A DNA stretch of 64,000 bases. Source: an uncultured Roseivirgaceae bacterium (lineage in GTDB: Bacteria > Bacteroidota > Bacteroidia > Cytophagales > Cyclobacteriaceae). The stretch is taken from NCBI GenBank assembly GCA_964351595.1, contig CAYGOT010000001.1, forward strand, positions 85,847 to 149,846. Direction: 5' to 3'. A program made the translations under genes and the position numbers. The notes beneath the pieces are model-generated. The model made no database searches and was not told where the DNA came from. It was given only the letters and a program-made list of their open reading frames with translations. Position 1 is the first letter of the stretch; every line of letters begins with the position of its first letter. Shown one piece after another: positions 17,420 to 26,930 of the stretch.

Positions 17420-19311
17420 AGGTTGTATCTGTTGATTCTCAAGCTTCCGTCACTGTGGTTAGTCACATTCAAAAGGTCAAAAAGCTGACCACTTTTGCGG
17501 TCAAAAACTACCATTGTGACGGGATATGCTATTTCAGAATAGATAATATCATCAATTTTGATTAGACCATTGTGAGCATTTCTCAGTTCAATTTCACCGA
17601 AAGGTTCTATTTTGGTGTTTCCTCTGAAGTAGTTCAGATGTTGAGCTGGGTCGGAAGTTTCAAAATACACCTGACCATCAGATGAAAACACAGCCGAATA
17701 TACTTTGCTTCCCTTGGGCAATGGCCAAAGGCTTAGGCCAAATTTGATCATGGCCTCACTGATTGAGTTCATTTCAAGATCCTCAAATCCACGGGTTGTG
17801 AGCAATACTAACTTGTCGTCAAATGCTCTGAGTCTATCCAAATAATCACCCAGGTCAGTTGTTTTTTTCTTGAGGATGAGTTCATTTCTATCGATATGAT
17901 ATTGGCCAGTATCTACGTTGAGTTGAGCAATGTCCCCAGGATCACTGAAGAGTCCGTCTCGCAATATTCTGAACTTCCCACCAGCGTGCTCATGAATTTT
18001 GTTAAGAAAAAGGCCGACAAGTGTAGTGCCATTGCGAACAGCTTTTTCATCTAAACGCTTTAGCAGAAAGAAGGTGTTAGAATCAGTTTGATCGACCAAG
18101 TCAAAGTTATCTCCCCCCCAACTTCTGAACTTTAGAGCATTAGCCAAAGATGAATCAGCCTCGATCTCTACGAAATAAAAATGTCCAGCCAGGTCAACTT
18201 GCCTATAAGTCTTCCTTATATAATTTTCTGTTTGCTGGTCGTAGTTCTTGATCGAATATGTTGAATCAATAGCCGATGATTGGAATCCGATAACGTTATA
18301 CTCAATACCCGTAGCATAATCCAGCTCGTCAGTGACGTCAAAGTCACGACTGTTTACCTCTTTACTCCAACCATGGGTTGTCAAATCAGCAATTAAACTT
18401 TTAGACCGTAGGTATCGACCGATGTAATTGGGATGAAAGTCGGAATCATGCATGTACTTGGAAGGAAGTAGAAATGAGCTTTGACCGTTGAGAATTTCAA
18501 TCCCTGTAAGTTTGGACATGGAGGTGATATAATGCTCTATTTCAGTGCTAAGATAAGCTTGATCACATGCACCAGCCGGAACCAAATATATATTTGCTCC
18601 ACTATCCTCTACAAAGGACTTAAACTCGATAAGATCCTGAACCTCGAGCCATGAAGAATTTGGGATTGGGATATTCGATTTGAAGTTAGCTTTGACATGC
18701 TTATTGGCAACAATCTTATATGTGTGATTATTGTCCTCAGCAAACCTATGATCATATGCCTGATACCTATTTTCCTTTGGGAAAGTCTTATAAGATTGCC
18801 GGGCAGATCGATGGATAGCCGTAATTGCCGTTTTAAAAAAGTCATAATCCTGAAAGAACATTTTGACCTTCCATGGAGTAGCAAATAGCGCCGTAGCAGC
18901 ATATTCACCAATTAATCCATAATGTTCCATATTATTCCCTTCGAGATATTCTCTGGCGTATAGTACTAAGTCCCCTTCGGTTAAATGATCTTTAATAAAC
19001 TCCAGCAAAAACTTGGTGCCCATTAGGTGGGATATACCCATATTCACCACAGGCACTCCCAGTGCATTTTCCATCTGTACACTATTGATGCCATATGTTG
19101 CACTACTGCCTGAAAGGATTATAATTTTGGGCCCATTTATTCTCGCCAGCTTCTTATACTTCTCGTAAGTGGCCAGATAGAAATAGTTCTTTTTAAAATA
19201 AGGATTGAGGCACAAGACCCCATATACAAGTAATAGGGTAATGGCCAGAATGCTGACAGCCTTGATCGAAAGGATTAATAAAGGCCTATATGAAACATCC
19301 TGGGTTTTCAC
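17416..19311 (-). CDS. Membrane-anchored DltD/AlgX-AlgJ-like (SGNH-like) protein with an unknown C-terminal domain; paralog 1
   Basis: 631 aa. It has an N-terminal TM anchor, the block KIIILSGSSATYGINSVQMENALGVPVVNMG, and a D-x-H block HDSDFHPNYIGRYLR. It overlaps both neighbouring genes by 4 nt. Confidence 0.45.
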   Translation of the reverse strand: MKTQDVSYRPLLILSIKAVSILAITLLLVYGVLCLNPYFKKNYFYLATYEKYKKLARINGPKIIILSGSSATYGINSVQMENALGVPVVNMGISHLMGTKFLLEFIKDHLTEGDLVLYAREYLEGNNMEHYGLIGEYAATALFATPWKVKMFFQDYDFFKTAITAIHRSARQSYKTFPKENRYQAYDHRFAEDNNHTYKIVANKHVKANFKSNIPIPNSSWLEVQDLIEFKSFVEDSGANIYLVPAGACDQAYLSTEIEHYITSMSKLTGIEILNGQSSFLLPSKYMHDSDFHPNYIGRYLRSKSLIADLTTHGWSKEVNSRDFDVTDELDYATGIEYNVIGFQSSAIDSTYSIKNYDQQTENYIRKTYRQVDLAGHFYFVEIEADSSLANALKFRSWGGDNFDLVDQTDSNTFFLLKRLDEKAVRNGTTLVGLFLNKIHEHAGGKFRILRDGLFSDPGDIAQLNVDTGQYHIDRNELILKKKTTDLGDYLDRLRAFDDKLVLLTTRGFEDLEMNSISEAMIKFGLSLWPLPKGSKVYSAVFSSDGQVYFETSDPAQHLNYFRGNTKIEPFGEIELRNAHNGLIKIDDIIYSEIAYPVTMVVFDRKSGQLFDLLNVTNHSDGSLRINRYNL

Positions 19312-20168
19312 GAAGGCATTAATTCCCCATATTCGTCAAACTGAAATACACCTTCCAGACTACCACGATAGAGGTTTTGAAAAAGCGCAACATTGCCCGT
19401 ATGATTAACTACATACTTACAAGAGGATACTATTCTTAATGCCGCATCAAACCATTGTGCCCATTCAAGTATGTTTCCCTTGTCATATTTGGACATGAGA
19501 CTCCAAACAACTCTGTTCTCATGGGTCGTAGGTGTTTCATCAAAATGGAAAGCCTTTTCTCCAAGCTCAGTCATACAATAGTCCAATACAGGACCATCAT
19601 CAGTCTGTAGCAAGACACGACAATCAGGGTGCTCTTCAAGCAGCGTTCGTACAACTCCCAAGTACTTTTCGCGACTAGCCAATTTCACTTCAGTATGCTT
19701 ATCAGTTCCTCTATAAAGTACGGCAATGGTTTGAGCAGGCTCAATAGTATACTTCTCTGTTAAAATTTGAATCTTATTGGCAACTGAAATTGATGGAGTA
19801 AAAAACTTTTTCAGCACCAAGCTGTACGATTCAAAATCGTAGTTCACCCTTTGTTGCTTGACAACATTTGCACTGGGAACATGTATTCTTTTGTTTAGAG
19901 GCACTTGTACGTTGGGTTGAATGGGTAAATGAAAAGAAGGAAATATATCCTCTCTTGGGTTTGTCTTGAAATGTTCAAATCCATGTTCGTACGATATTCG
20001 TTCAGGCTCTATTCCATAATGCAATAGGATAAGTAAAGACGAAAAAGTCTGCGTCATATTCGAATAGAATCCCTGGTTCCATAAGCATTCCAAAGTTGAA
20101 CCCTCGGGGAATAAGTCAGTATCCCGCCCTCCGGTACTGCATATATATCTACAGTTTCTTAATCTCAT
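19308..20168 (-). CDS. Hypothetical protein, possibly of the fucosyltransferase-like (GT23/GT11-type) superfamily
   Basis: 286 aa. AVLYRGTDKHTEV resembles the H(V/I)RR(G/T)DK donor-binding motif. LLQTDDGP follows it. Confidence 0.3.
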   Translation of the reverse strand: MRLRNCRYICSTGGRDTDLFPEGSTLECLWNQGFYSNMTQTFSSLLILLHYGIEPERISYEHGFEHFKTNPREDIFPSFHLPIQPNVQVPLNKRIHVPSANVVKQQRVNYDFESYSLVLKKFFTPSISVANKIQILTEKYTIEPAQTIAVLYRGTDKHTEVKLASREKYLGVVRTLLEEHPDCRVLLQTDDGPVLDYCMTELGEKAFHFDETPTTHENRVVWSLMSKYDKGNILEWAQWFDAALRIVSSCKYVVNHTGNVALFQNLYRGSLEGVFQFDEYGELMPS

Positions 20169-20177
20169 GGCATTCTG

Positions 20178-21650
20178 TCAGAACTGAAAGTAAATGAAGT
20201 CAGGTGTTGAATCACCCATATTAAAATATCCATACAATAAAATAAGCATAAGCATTACTAAATAGATGGACCAACGAATTATTAACCATTGACCAATAAG
20301 CCATTTATAAATATCAAATCTAGTATTGAGATATTCTATGGTTAGCATTAACGCAATACCCACCAAAGCAATATTGAATTCGCGCTCATCAAGACCCAAT
20401 TTGTACAAATAGCCATTGAATAACTGAGCAGCATCGAGATATTGCAAGTTGCTAATGATCAACAAGGCATCTTCTAAGGAATTGGCTCTAAAGAAGATCC
20501 AAGCGAAACAAACGGCTAAATAGGTAAATACAAATCCAAGTAGTTCGCTGCTATTAAATGATATAGAGTACTTGTCAACCAGCTTTAATTTTACCTTTAA
20601 AAACACATTTTCAAAAACCCAATATAATCCATGCAAAGTACCCCAAATTGCAAATGTCCAATTAGCACCATGCCAAAGTCCACTTACAACGAAAACGATT
20701 AGGATATTTCTATAGGTCAACCATAGCTTTACCCGGCTGCCTCCAATCGGAATAAACAAATAGTCCTTAAACCAAGTAGATAAAGAAATGTGCCAGCGTC
20801 TCCAAAAACCACCTATAGAAGTAGCGAAATATGGATTGTTGAAATTCTTCATAAGATTCACTCCAAATAGCTTGGCTGAACCGATTGCTATATACGAATA
20901 GCCAGCAAAATCCCCGAAAATCTGCATAGAAAAGAATACAGTTCCTGTAATCAAGACCCAACCCTCGTAATTCTCTGGGTTGTTATAAACCTGATTGGCA
21001 ACCACGGCCACTCTATCAGCCACAACTACCTTAAGAAAAAATCCCCACAAGATTTGTAATGCACCTTTTCTTGCGAGATCATAATTAAATAATGACCGCT
21101 CTTTAAACTGTCGAATTAAATTAAATGATCTTTCAATTGGCCCAGCAACTAATTGTGGGAAAAAGGAAACGTAAAGGGCGTATATTCCAAGATGTTTTTC
21201 AGGTGGAGAATCTCCCCTGTAGACGTCAATGACGTATCCCATGGCCTGAAATGTAAAAAAGGAGATACCAACAGGGAGGATAACGTCAATTAATTCAAAA
21301 ACTCCCTCCCCGCGAATCGCAACAGAAACATGATTAAGAGAATTAAGTAAAAAATTCGCATACTTAAAGTAAAGTAGCAGACCTACTATGCAAAGAAGAC
21401 AGATTATAGCCGCACCTTTTGTTAGAGACCTATACTGCTCATTACTTCGGAACAAGTCAATCAACAATCCGCCGATATAACTTGATAGGGTCACAAAAAT
21501 CATTAACAACGCATATTTAGCGTTCCAACTCATGTAGAAGTAATAGCTTGCGAATAACAATAGGATCCATCTCCACTTAAAAGGAATTATGTAGTGTGCC
21601 AGAACGACTACCGGGAGAAAAAGTAAATATGATAATGAGTTGAATAACAA
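20178..21650 (-). CDS. MBOAT-family membrane O-acyltransferase (AlgI/DltB-like)
   Basis: 490 aa and polytopic. It carries the signature FWRRWHISLSTWFKDYLFIPIGGSR with the invariant His. Confidence 0.85.
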   Translation of the reverse strand: MLFNSLSYLLFLPVVVLAHYIIPFKWRWILLLFASYYFYMSWNAKYALLMIFVTLSSYIGGLLIDLFRSNEQYRSLTKGAAIICLLCIVGLLLYFKYANFLLNSLNHVSVAIRGEGVFELIDVILPVGISFFTFQAMGYVIDVYRGDSPPEKHLGIYALYVSFFPQLVAGPIERSFNLIRQFKERSLFNYDLARKGALQILWGFFLKVVVADRVAVVANQVYNNPENYEGWVLITGTVFFSMQIFGDFAGYSYIAIGSAKLFGVNLMKNFNNPYFATSIGGFWRRWHISLSTWFKDYLFIPIGGSRVKLWLTYRNILIVFVVSGLWHGANWTFAIWGTLHGLYWVFENVFLKVKLKLVDKYSISFNSSELLGFVFTYLAVCFAWIFFRANSLEDALLIISNLQYLDAAQLFNGYLYKLGLDEREFNIALVGIALMLTIEYLNTRFDIYKWLIGQWLIIRWSIYLVMLMLILLYGYFNMGDSTPDFIYFQF

Positions 21651-21694
21651 AATCTAAGAATTAATGACAAAATTGATTTATATCGATTCTATTT

Positions 21695-22822
21695 TTATTC
21701 ATCAACTCGAATTAGACTCCTTCCCAACTTGATCATTTTATTCCCTAAAGATTTAAATACTCGATCAGAATTACGATAACCTAACCTTTTGGTAACTTTA
21801 ATATAGGCCTTAATCAATTTCTTATGTAGTTTAATTAGTGGAGTTCCTAAGCCTCTTTCCGCATATAATTCTGTTTGGGAAATATGTGAGACAGAAGCAT
21901 ACACATTCCTCTGCTGTCTCAATCGTTGAATCAGCACATTTGCTACTTCAATATCAGTCATATAAACGCAACCTGCCTGATCATATGGTTTTGAGAATTC
22001 ACCAAAATCAAAACCAGAATAGTAAATTTTCTTTTTTCCAATCCTTGAAGACATTTCACTGAAGGAACTAAAGTAACTCCCTAGTACATACTGGCATTTG
22101 CTCAAAAGAAGAAGGTCCGCCAGAGCATATTGGATATCTTTTTTTGATCTGCCAAAATGATCTCTGACAAGAACCATACAATTATCGGGAAATTTATTCC
22201 TGATCAGATTCAAAGCACCTGAATCATCTGTAGCAAGAAAGAACCTGGTTTCAGGGTTTTGATTCAAGATATTTTCCATTTCAGAAACAAAAAATGCCGG
22301 ATTGGCCAGCTGTCTGGCAAAATCCAACTCCATCTGGCCATCTTCAGTCCAATTGCCTTCGACTTGCTCCCACGAATGCCCCTGTTGTTTATTTTGTCTT
22401 CTAATATGCACCCCGATACAGTCCTTAGTATCAATGTTTCTAATCAGCTGCGCTACCTCAACTGATGGATTCAATCTATTAAGGAAGTCTAACTCTACTT
22501 GCTCACAATCAAGGAGTGTATTAAGAGGGTTGTACGTCTTAATATACATGTGCATATTCGGCACATCATGTATCAAAGGCAGTGCTTGATATCCTTCTAC
22601 TTCCATGCAATTAATAATATGATGGACAGAAACATCCGGACAATCCGCACTGACATGAAATCCTTCAACATCAAAAATGTCTTCAAATAAGCAGTCGCAA
22701 TGGTGATCGGGGTGCCACACAATCTTTAATGTCCTATCAGTGCGCTTCGCAAAGCAATATGCACTGGAAAGAGCTCTTAAGCGATTGGTGAGACCAAATT
22801 GGCAGTCAATAACTAAATCCAT
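21695..22822 (-). CDS. Fucosyltransferase-like GT-B glycosyltransferase (GT11/GT23-type motifs); tandem paralog A
   Basis: 375 aa. It has FGLTNRLRAL near the N-terminus, then GVHIRRQNK, FFLATDD and DLLLLSKCQYVLGSYFSSFSEMS. Confidence 0.45.
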   Translation of the reverse strand: MDLVIDCQFGLTNRLRALSSAYCFAKRTDRTLKIVWHPDHHCDCLFEDIFDVEGFHVSADCPDVSVHHIINCMEVEGYQALPLIHDVPNMHMYIKTYNPLNTLLDCEQVELDFLNRLNPSVEVAQLIRNIDTKDCIGVHIRRQNKQQGHSWEQVEGNWTEDGQMELDFARQLANPAFFVSEMENILNQNPETRFFLATDDSGALNLIRNKFPDNCMVLVRDHFGRSKKDIQYALADLLLLSKCQYVLGSYFSSFSEMSSRIGKKKIYYSGFDFGEFSKPYDQAGCVYMTDIEVANVLIQRLRQQRNVYASVSHISQTELYAERGLGTPLIKLHKKLIKAYIKVTKRLGYRNSDRVFKSLGNKMIKLGRSLIRVDE

Positions 22823-22844
22823 ATTAAGTCAATTCCTAAAGACA

Positions 22845-23783
22845 TTAAGACTTGGGATTGTTCAGTATTTTATCAAACCTCATTAACTCAATTTTTAATT
22901 GAGAAAGTTGTTGCTTGTGATAGTCACGCGGAATGAGTTCGGAATCAACTTGTCTGAAATCCCGTCCGGCATATTGGATTTCAAGGTTTCCTAAATTTTT
23001 GGCTACTTCGGTGAAAGAACTGCCGTAACTTCCTAACATACCTTTGGTTTGCGAAAGTAGAATGATTTCTGCAAGTGCATCCTGAACAGAACCTACACTT
23101 CGATCTCGCTTTTGAAGATCAAACGAAGCTATGCTGAACGCAAAAAGCTCCTTTAAGTATTCGATAGCCTGATTACTATCTGCACAGACAAAGAATTTTT
23201 GATTGGGGTCCTCATTCAACATGTTACGAATTTGATGCGCAAAAAAAATGGGGTCACTGACGGATCGAAAGGTCACCAATTTTGATTGGTCGTTGGATGT
23301 CCAATTTTCAGAAGCTTTTTCATAATTGGCATTTGAATTTTTGGCGTGTAAGTTTCTTATGTGCACACCACACATGTCAAACACATCCCAGGAATGTATT
23401 TTCTCCAGAATGGGCCTTAACGGAACTACTTTTTTTAAAGAAATGAACTCCAGGTTCGTATTACTTGATCTTGTATTGAGCTCGCAATAGGTCTTAATAT
23501 ATATATCACTAGGACAATCTATATCTATAAATGGCCTACTTGGGTTACCGTCTATAGACATAGCATTATAGTAAACACAGCTATCCAAGTCAGTTTCTTC
23601 TTGGTTGGGCAATACCTCGAAATCGGATTTGTCGAAAAGATCATAATAGGAAGCCTCACAGTGATTGTCTTTTTCCCATATCACCTGTAAATCTCGCCCT
23701 GAAATTCTGGCATTATGGATTGCACTACCTAATACTCTTAACCTATTGGCTAGGCCAAATTGTGGGTGACAAATAAGTTTCAT
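22845..23783 (-). CDS. Fucosyltransferase-like GT-B glycosyltransferase; tandem paralog B
   Basis: 312 aa. It has FGLANRLRVL, GVHIRNLHAK, FFVCADS and EIILLSQTKGMLGSYGSSFTEVA, collinear with the upstream paralog. Confidence 0.45.
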   Translation of the reverse strand: MKLICHPQFGLANRLRVLGSAIHNARISGRDLQVIWEKDNHCEASYYDLFDKSDFEVLPNQEETDLDSCVYYNAMSIDGNPSRPFIDIDCPSDIYIKTYCELNTRSSNTNLEFISLKKVVPLRPILEKIHSWDVFDMCGVHIRNLHAKNSNANYEKASENWTSNDQSKLVTFRSVSDPIFFAHQIRNMLNEDPNQKFFVCADSNQAIEYLKELFAFSIASFDLQKRDRSVGSVQDALAEIILLSQTKGMLGSYGSSFTEVAKNLGNLEIQYAGRDFRQVDSELIPRDYHKQQLSQLKIELMRFDKILNNPKS

Positions 23784-23799
23784 GTCAGTACTAGTTGAA

Positions 23800-26700
23800 T
23801 TAGCGACGCAATATATTTATTGGTTTTAGAAGAAATTGAACGGCCTTCCATACTTTAGACTTCTCAACTGTATCTTTGAATTGCTTGTATTCCTCAAGCT
23901 GCAGATTCATAGAGAGATTAGTTTGCCTAAGAGCTTCAATTTCAGCTAAGGACTTATGCTGAATCTGATTACATAGCTCTATTTTGTGTTCTGCACTGGT
24001 TAGCCTTTTCTGAAGAGTTTCAATTTTCTTCTTTGATGTTTGCTCTTCACCACCTACCCAGCTTTTATATTCATTACCAGAGAATTTCTGTTTAACGTGC
24101 TCTAGCTGTAGTATTTTATTTTTTACACCTACCGTCCAGTTAGCATGGTGCATCAATATTCCTTCAGGGATATCTAATTCTACAAGCGGGTCCCAGACCC
24201 ATTGGGTACCTAACTTTGCGTTACCTAGTCCAGGACTATAAAATCGATCACTTAAGTAAGCCCATTTAAGATAGTGGGACATCCCCAGCACCTTGTTAAA
24301 TACTACCTGATCTCCTTTTATTGACAAATCTGATTCAATGATATTTCTGACATCCAGAAAGAATTTTCTTACACGCTCATTAGCGCGGCAAAAAAAGAAG
24401 CCACTGCAGGCTACTCCCTTGAAATCTGCACCAAATTCATCATTGGCGTCCCGCTGAAAAACCATGTCCAGATTACCTAGTTCTTTTACAATTTGTGATC
24501 TAATACGGCCAAAAAATTGAATGTCCACATCAGCAAAAACAAAATAACCTCCAAAATTATCCTCTACAGCTTGAAGAAGCAGATCATTTTTATCTCGCAT
24601 GGTATTCATCCACCCCTTTTCCTCAAACACCCCACTTGAAGCTTTCTGTTGATACTGGTTCACGATTAAGTTGAAGTCATCTTTGAGCGAGGGCTTGAAC
24701 CATCTGGTAAATAATGATTGATGTGAAGGTGTGAAGTAGGTATAAAGTGGTATCCTGGTTGGATGATGTTCTTTTTGCACCCAGTATGGTGTTACATTTC
24801 GTAGATGATCGGTATTCGGCACTTTTTTCAACCTGTCGAATTGCGGGATTCTTTCAAATGGTCCTGACTTTAAAATTATGTCACATTCCAAAGAGGCATT
24901 ATAAACTTTGTATCCTGCGCCATCCATAGACTGCATAATATCCTGACCGTTGCTAAGGCCGCTTAGCAATTTCGGGGATATTGGCGTCCTCGTAACCAAC
25001 GCATCAATCTTGGATAAGTCCAGAAAACCACCGGAACCATTAAATTCATATTCGGAAAATTGATATTGCGAATTCAACTGACCTGACAGCTCATCGTAAG
25101 ATTGTTTGCCTTGAATTACAACCGCTATATGGTCATCTAAGTAGTCATGTGCTTTATAAATGTTCTCAGCAACATTGACACCCAATGTAACAATAACTAT
25201 GTTCTGGTTTATTGCAGAAGTACTTGCATAGGTTAGGGCTTCTAATAGCAGATTATCAGAATTTGTGGTGATAACCTTTATATCGTTTTCGTATTGAGTT
25301 GCTGAGTGATTAGTGAATAGAACACACTCCTTAATGTACGTATTCGATAGGTTTTCTTTGAGTAATTGAGAACCCGGTGGATGGTCATTGGAAATGACAA
25401 GTAGTGTGAAAAACCTTTGTTTGTTCAAATGGTACTTGAGGTCGACTTTATTCCGTTCTGAGAATTTTCGACCAAAAAAATAGGCCATCAGCCTTTCCTG
25501 AATCTGGCCAATCCCCCTTCTTAACTTAAGGTCATACGAAATATCTTCTTTTGCCCAATACTTCCCATTATTCTCTTCTTTAAAAGACACCCCAGTCTGA
25601 AACCCATAATTCTTCAAGATATACTGGGTACATTTTTCCAGCCATATTTGATATTCTTCAAAAAGATTCTTTCGTACAATCACCGTGCCCTTGAATGGTC
25701 CAGTAATCGGATTGTCAATCGGTGGGATATGCAACTCGACATCTTCGTCAATTTCACTGATTATGGTGTTGCCAATATCGTCCCCAAAATAAGGAGAATA
25801 CTCAACCCCGTATAGCATATCTTGATCAAATGTGGCATTCTCTAAAAGTCCAAAATCTAAGTAGGGCTTGAAAAGGTGACCATTAGTTTTTAGTTGGCTT
25901 ACATATTGTTCATTGAACTTGAGCGGTATGGAATAGGTGAACAGTCCAACCATACCTGAATGAGGTCTGATAGCCAAATGGCCCAGATATTCCGAATAGA
26001 TAGCCCGATTATCAAACTCATCAAGAGAATCTAGGCTCAAGTTTTCTGGAATTGCGAGATCGTTCAGGTCAACATAACTAATGTTTTCTGGTGAATGTAC
26101 AACGGGTTTACTTAAGTTGAGTAGTTTGTCATCATGATAGAAAATATAATGTGTTGGTAACACTGTTTGGGCAATTTCTTTGCTGGACTTGCTTGATGAC
26201 CCTAGATCTAAGGGATTTAGCCCCACAGAGGCAATTTCCGCTACAATAGAGTCTTGGAGTTCGGTTAAGTAATTGATATCAAATGAATTCCAATTCGTAT
26301 CTACAACCTTCCTATTCTTCTTAAATTCTATGCTAAGAAGATTTTCATCAACTGAATGCTCTGGGGCGATATGGTTGATTACCCAAATAATGTGTTCAGT
26401 AGATGCCAAAAGCTCGGGATATGGCAACAATCGGACATTCGGCAAAATTACTGCACCGACAACCCACTTCTCTTTGAATCTGATCCAATCATCGATTTTG
26501 GATTGCATAAATCTCTTCCATTCAGAGTGAGGATACTTCTGAGCACAGAATAGTTCGAGGATCGATTCGAAAGGATGGCGGTAATGAACTATGTATTGAT
26601 ATTCATTCTCAACCTCAATATTAGAGCTGAAATCATGATTCTTCTGAACGTTGGTTTCAACACTAGAGCAACCATGGGTGTTGCAATGACTATAGTATTC

Positions 26701-26862
26701 ACAATAATTCAAAGGTCCAACTGAAAGGAATCCCTTTTCCTTCCATATAGAATTTGTGCTCTTCAATTGAAAGTACCTGCGGAAATAGCCGGACAATGTA
26801 TTTATTAAAAATACATGACCACTATATGGAAACTCGATGCAGATTATTGGTTTATTTCTCAA
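23800..26862 (-). CDS. Large multidomain glycan-biosynthesis protein with a DUF4422-like central region, a C-terminal DxD nucleotide-diphospho-sugar transferase-like domain and a coiled-coil tail
   Basis: 1020 aa. NRAIYSEYLGHL resembles the DUF4422 motif. YFVFADVDIQFFG (DxD), MVFQRD and ACSGFFFCRANERVRKFF resemble the PF03407-type transferase. The last ~90 aa are heptad-like (LQKRLTSAEHKIELCNQIQHKSLAEIEALRQTNLSMNLQLEEYKQF). Confidence 0.45.
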   Translation of the reverse strand: MRNKPIICIEFPYSGHVFLINTLSGYFRRYFQLKSTNSIWKEKGFLSVGPLNYCEYYSHCNTHGCSSVETNVQKNHDFSSNIEVENEYQYIVHYRHPFESILELFCAQKYPHSEWKRFMQSKIDDWIRFKEKWVVGAVILPNVRLLPYPELLASTEHIIWVINHIAPEHSVDENLLSIEFKKNRKVVDTNWNSFDINYLTELQDSIVAEIASVGLNPLDLGSSSKSSKEIAQTVLPTHYIFYHDDKLLNLSKPVVHSPENISYVDLNDLAIPENLSLDSLDEFDNRAIYSEYLGHLAIRPHSGMVGLFTYSIPLKFNEQYVSQLKTNGHLFKPYLDFGLLENATFDQDMLYGVEYSPYFGDDIGNTIISEIDEDVELHIPPIDNPITGPFKGTVIVRKNLFEEYQIWLEKCTQYILKNYGFQTGVSFKEENNGKYWAKEDISYDLKLRRGIGQIQERLMAYFFGRKFSERNKVDLKYHLNKQRFFTLLVISNDHPPGSQLLKENLSNTYIKECVLFTNHSATQYENDIKVITTNSDNLLLEALTYASTSAINQNIVIVTLGVNVAENIYKAHDYLDDHIAVVIQGKQSYDELSGQLNSQYQFSEYEFNGSGGFLDLSKIDALVTRTPISPKLLSGLSNGQDIMQSMDGAGYKVYNASLECDIILKSGPFERIPQFDRLKKVPNTDHLRNVTPYWVQKEHHPTRIPLYTYFTPSHQSLFTRWFKPSLKDDFNLIVNQYQQKASSGVFEEKGWMNTMRDKNDLLLQAVEDNFGGYFVFADVDIQFFGRIRSQIVKELGNLDMVFQRDANDEFGADFKGVACSGFFFCRANERVRKFFLDVRNIIESDLSIKGDQVVFNKVLGMSHYLKWAYLSDRFYSPGLGNAKLGTQWVWDPLVELDIPEGILMHHANWTVGVKNKILQLEHVKQKFSGNEYKSWVGGEEQTSKKKIETLQKRLTSAEHKIELCNQIQHKSLAEIEALRQTNLSMNLQLEEYKQFKDTVEKSKVWKAVQFLLKPINILRR

Positions 26863-26930
26863 GGCGCAAAATATGTACGTTGACCGCTTCAGATTGACAA
26901 AGGCATAGAAGTATCTAGAAAGACCCTAAC

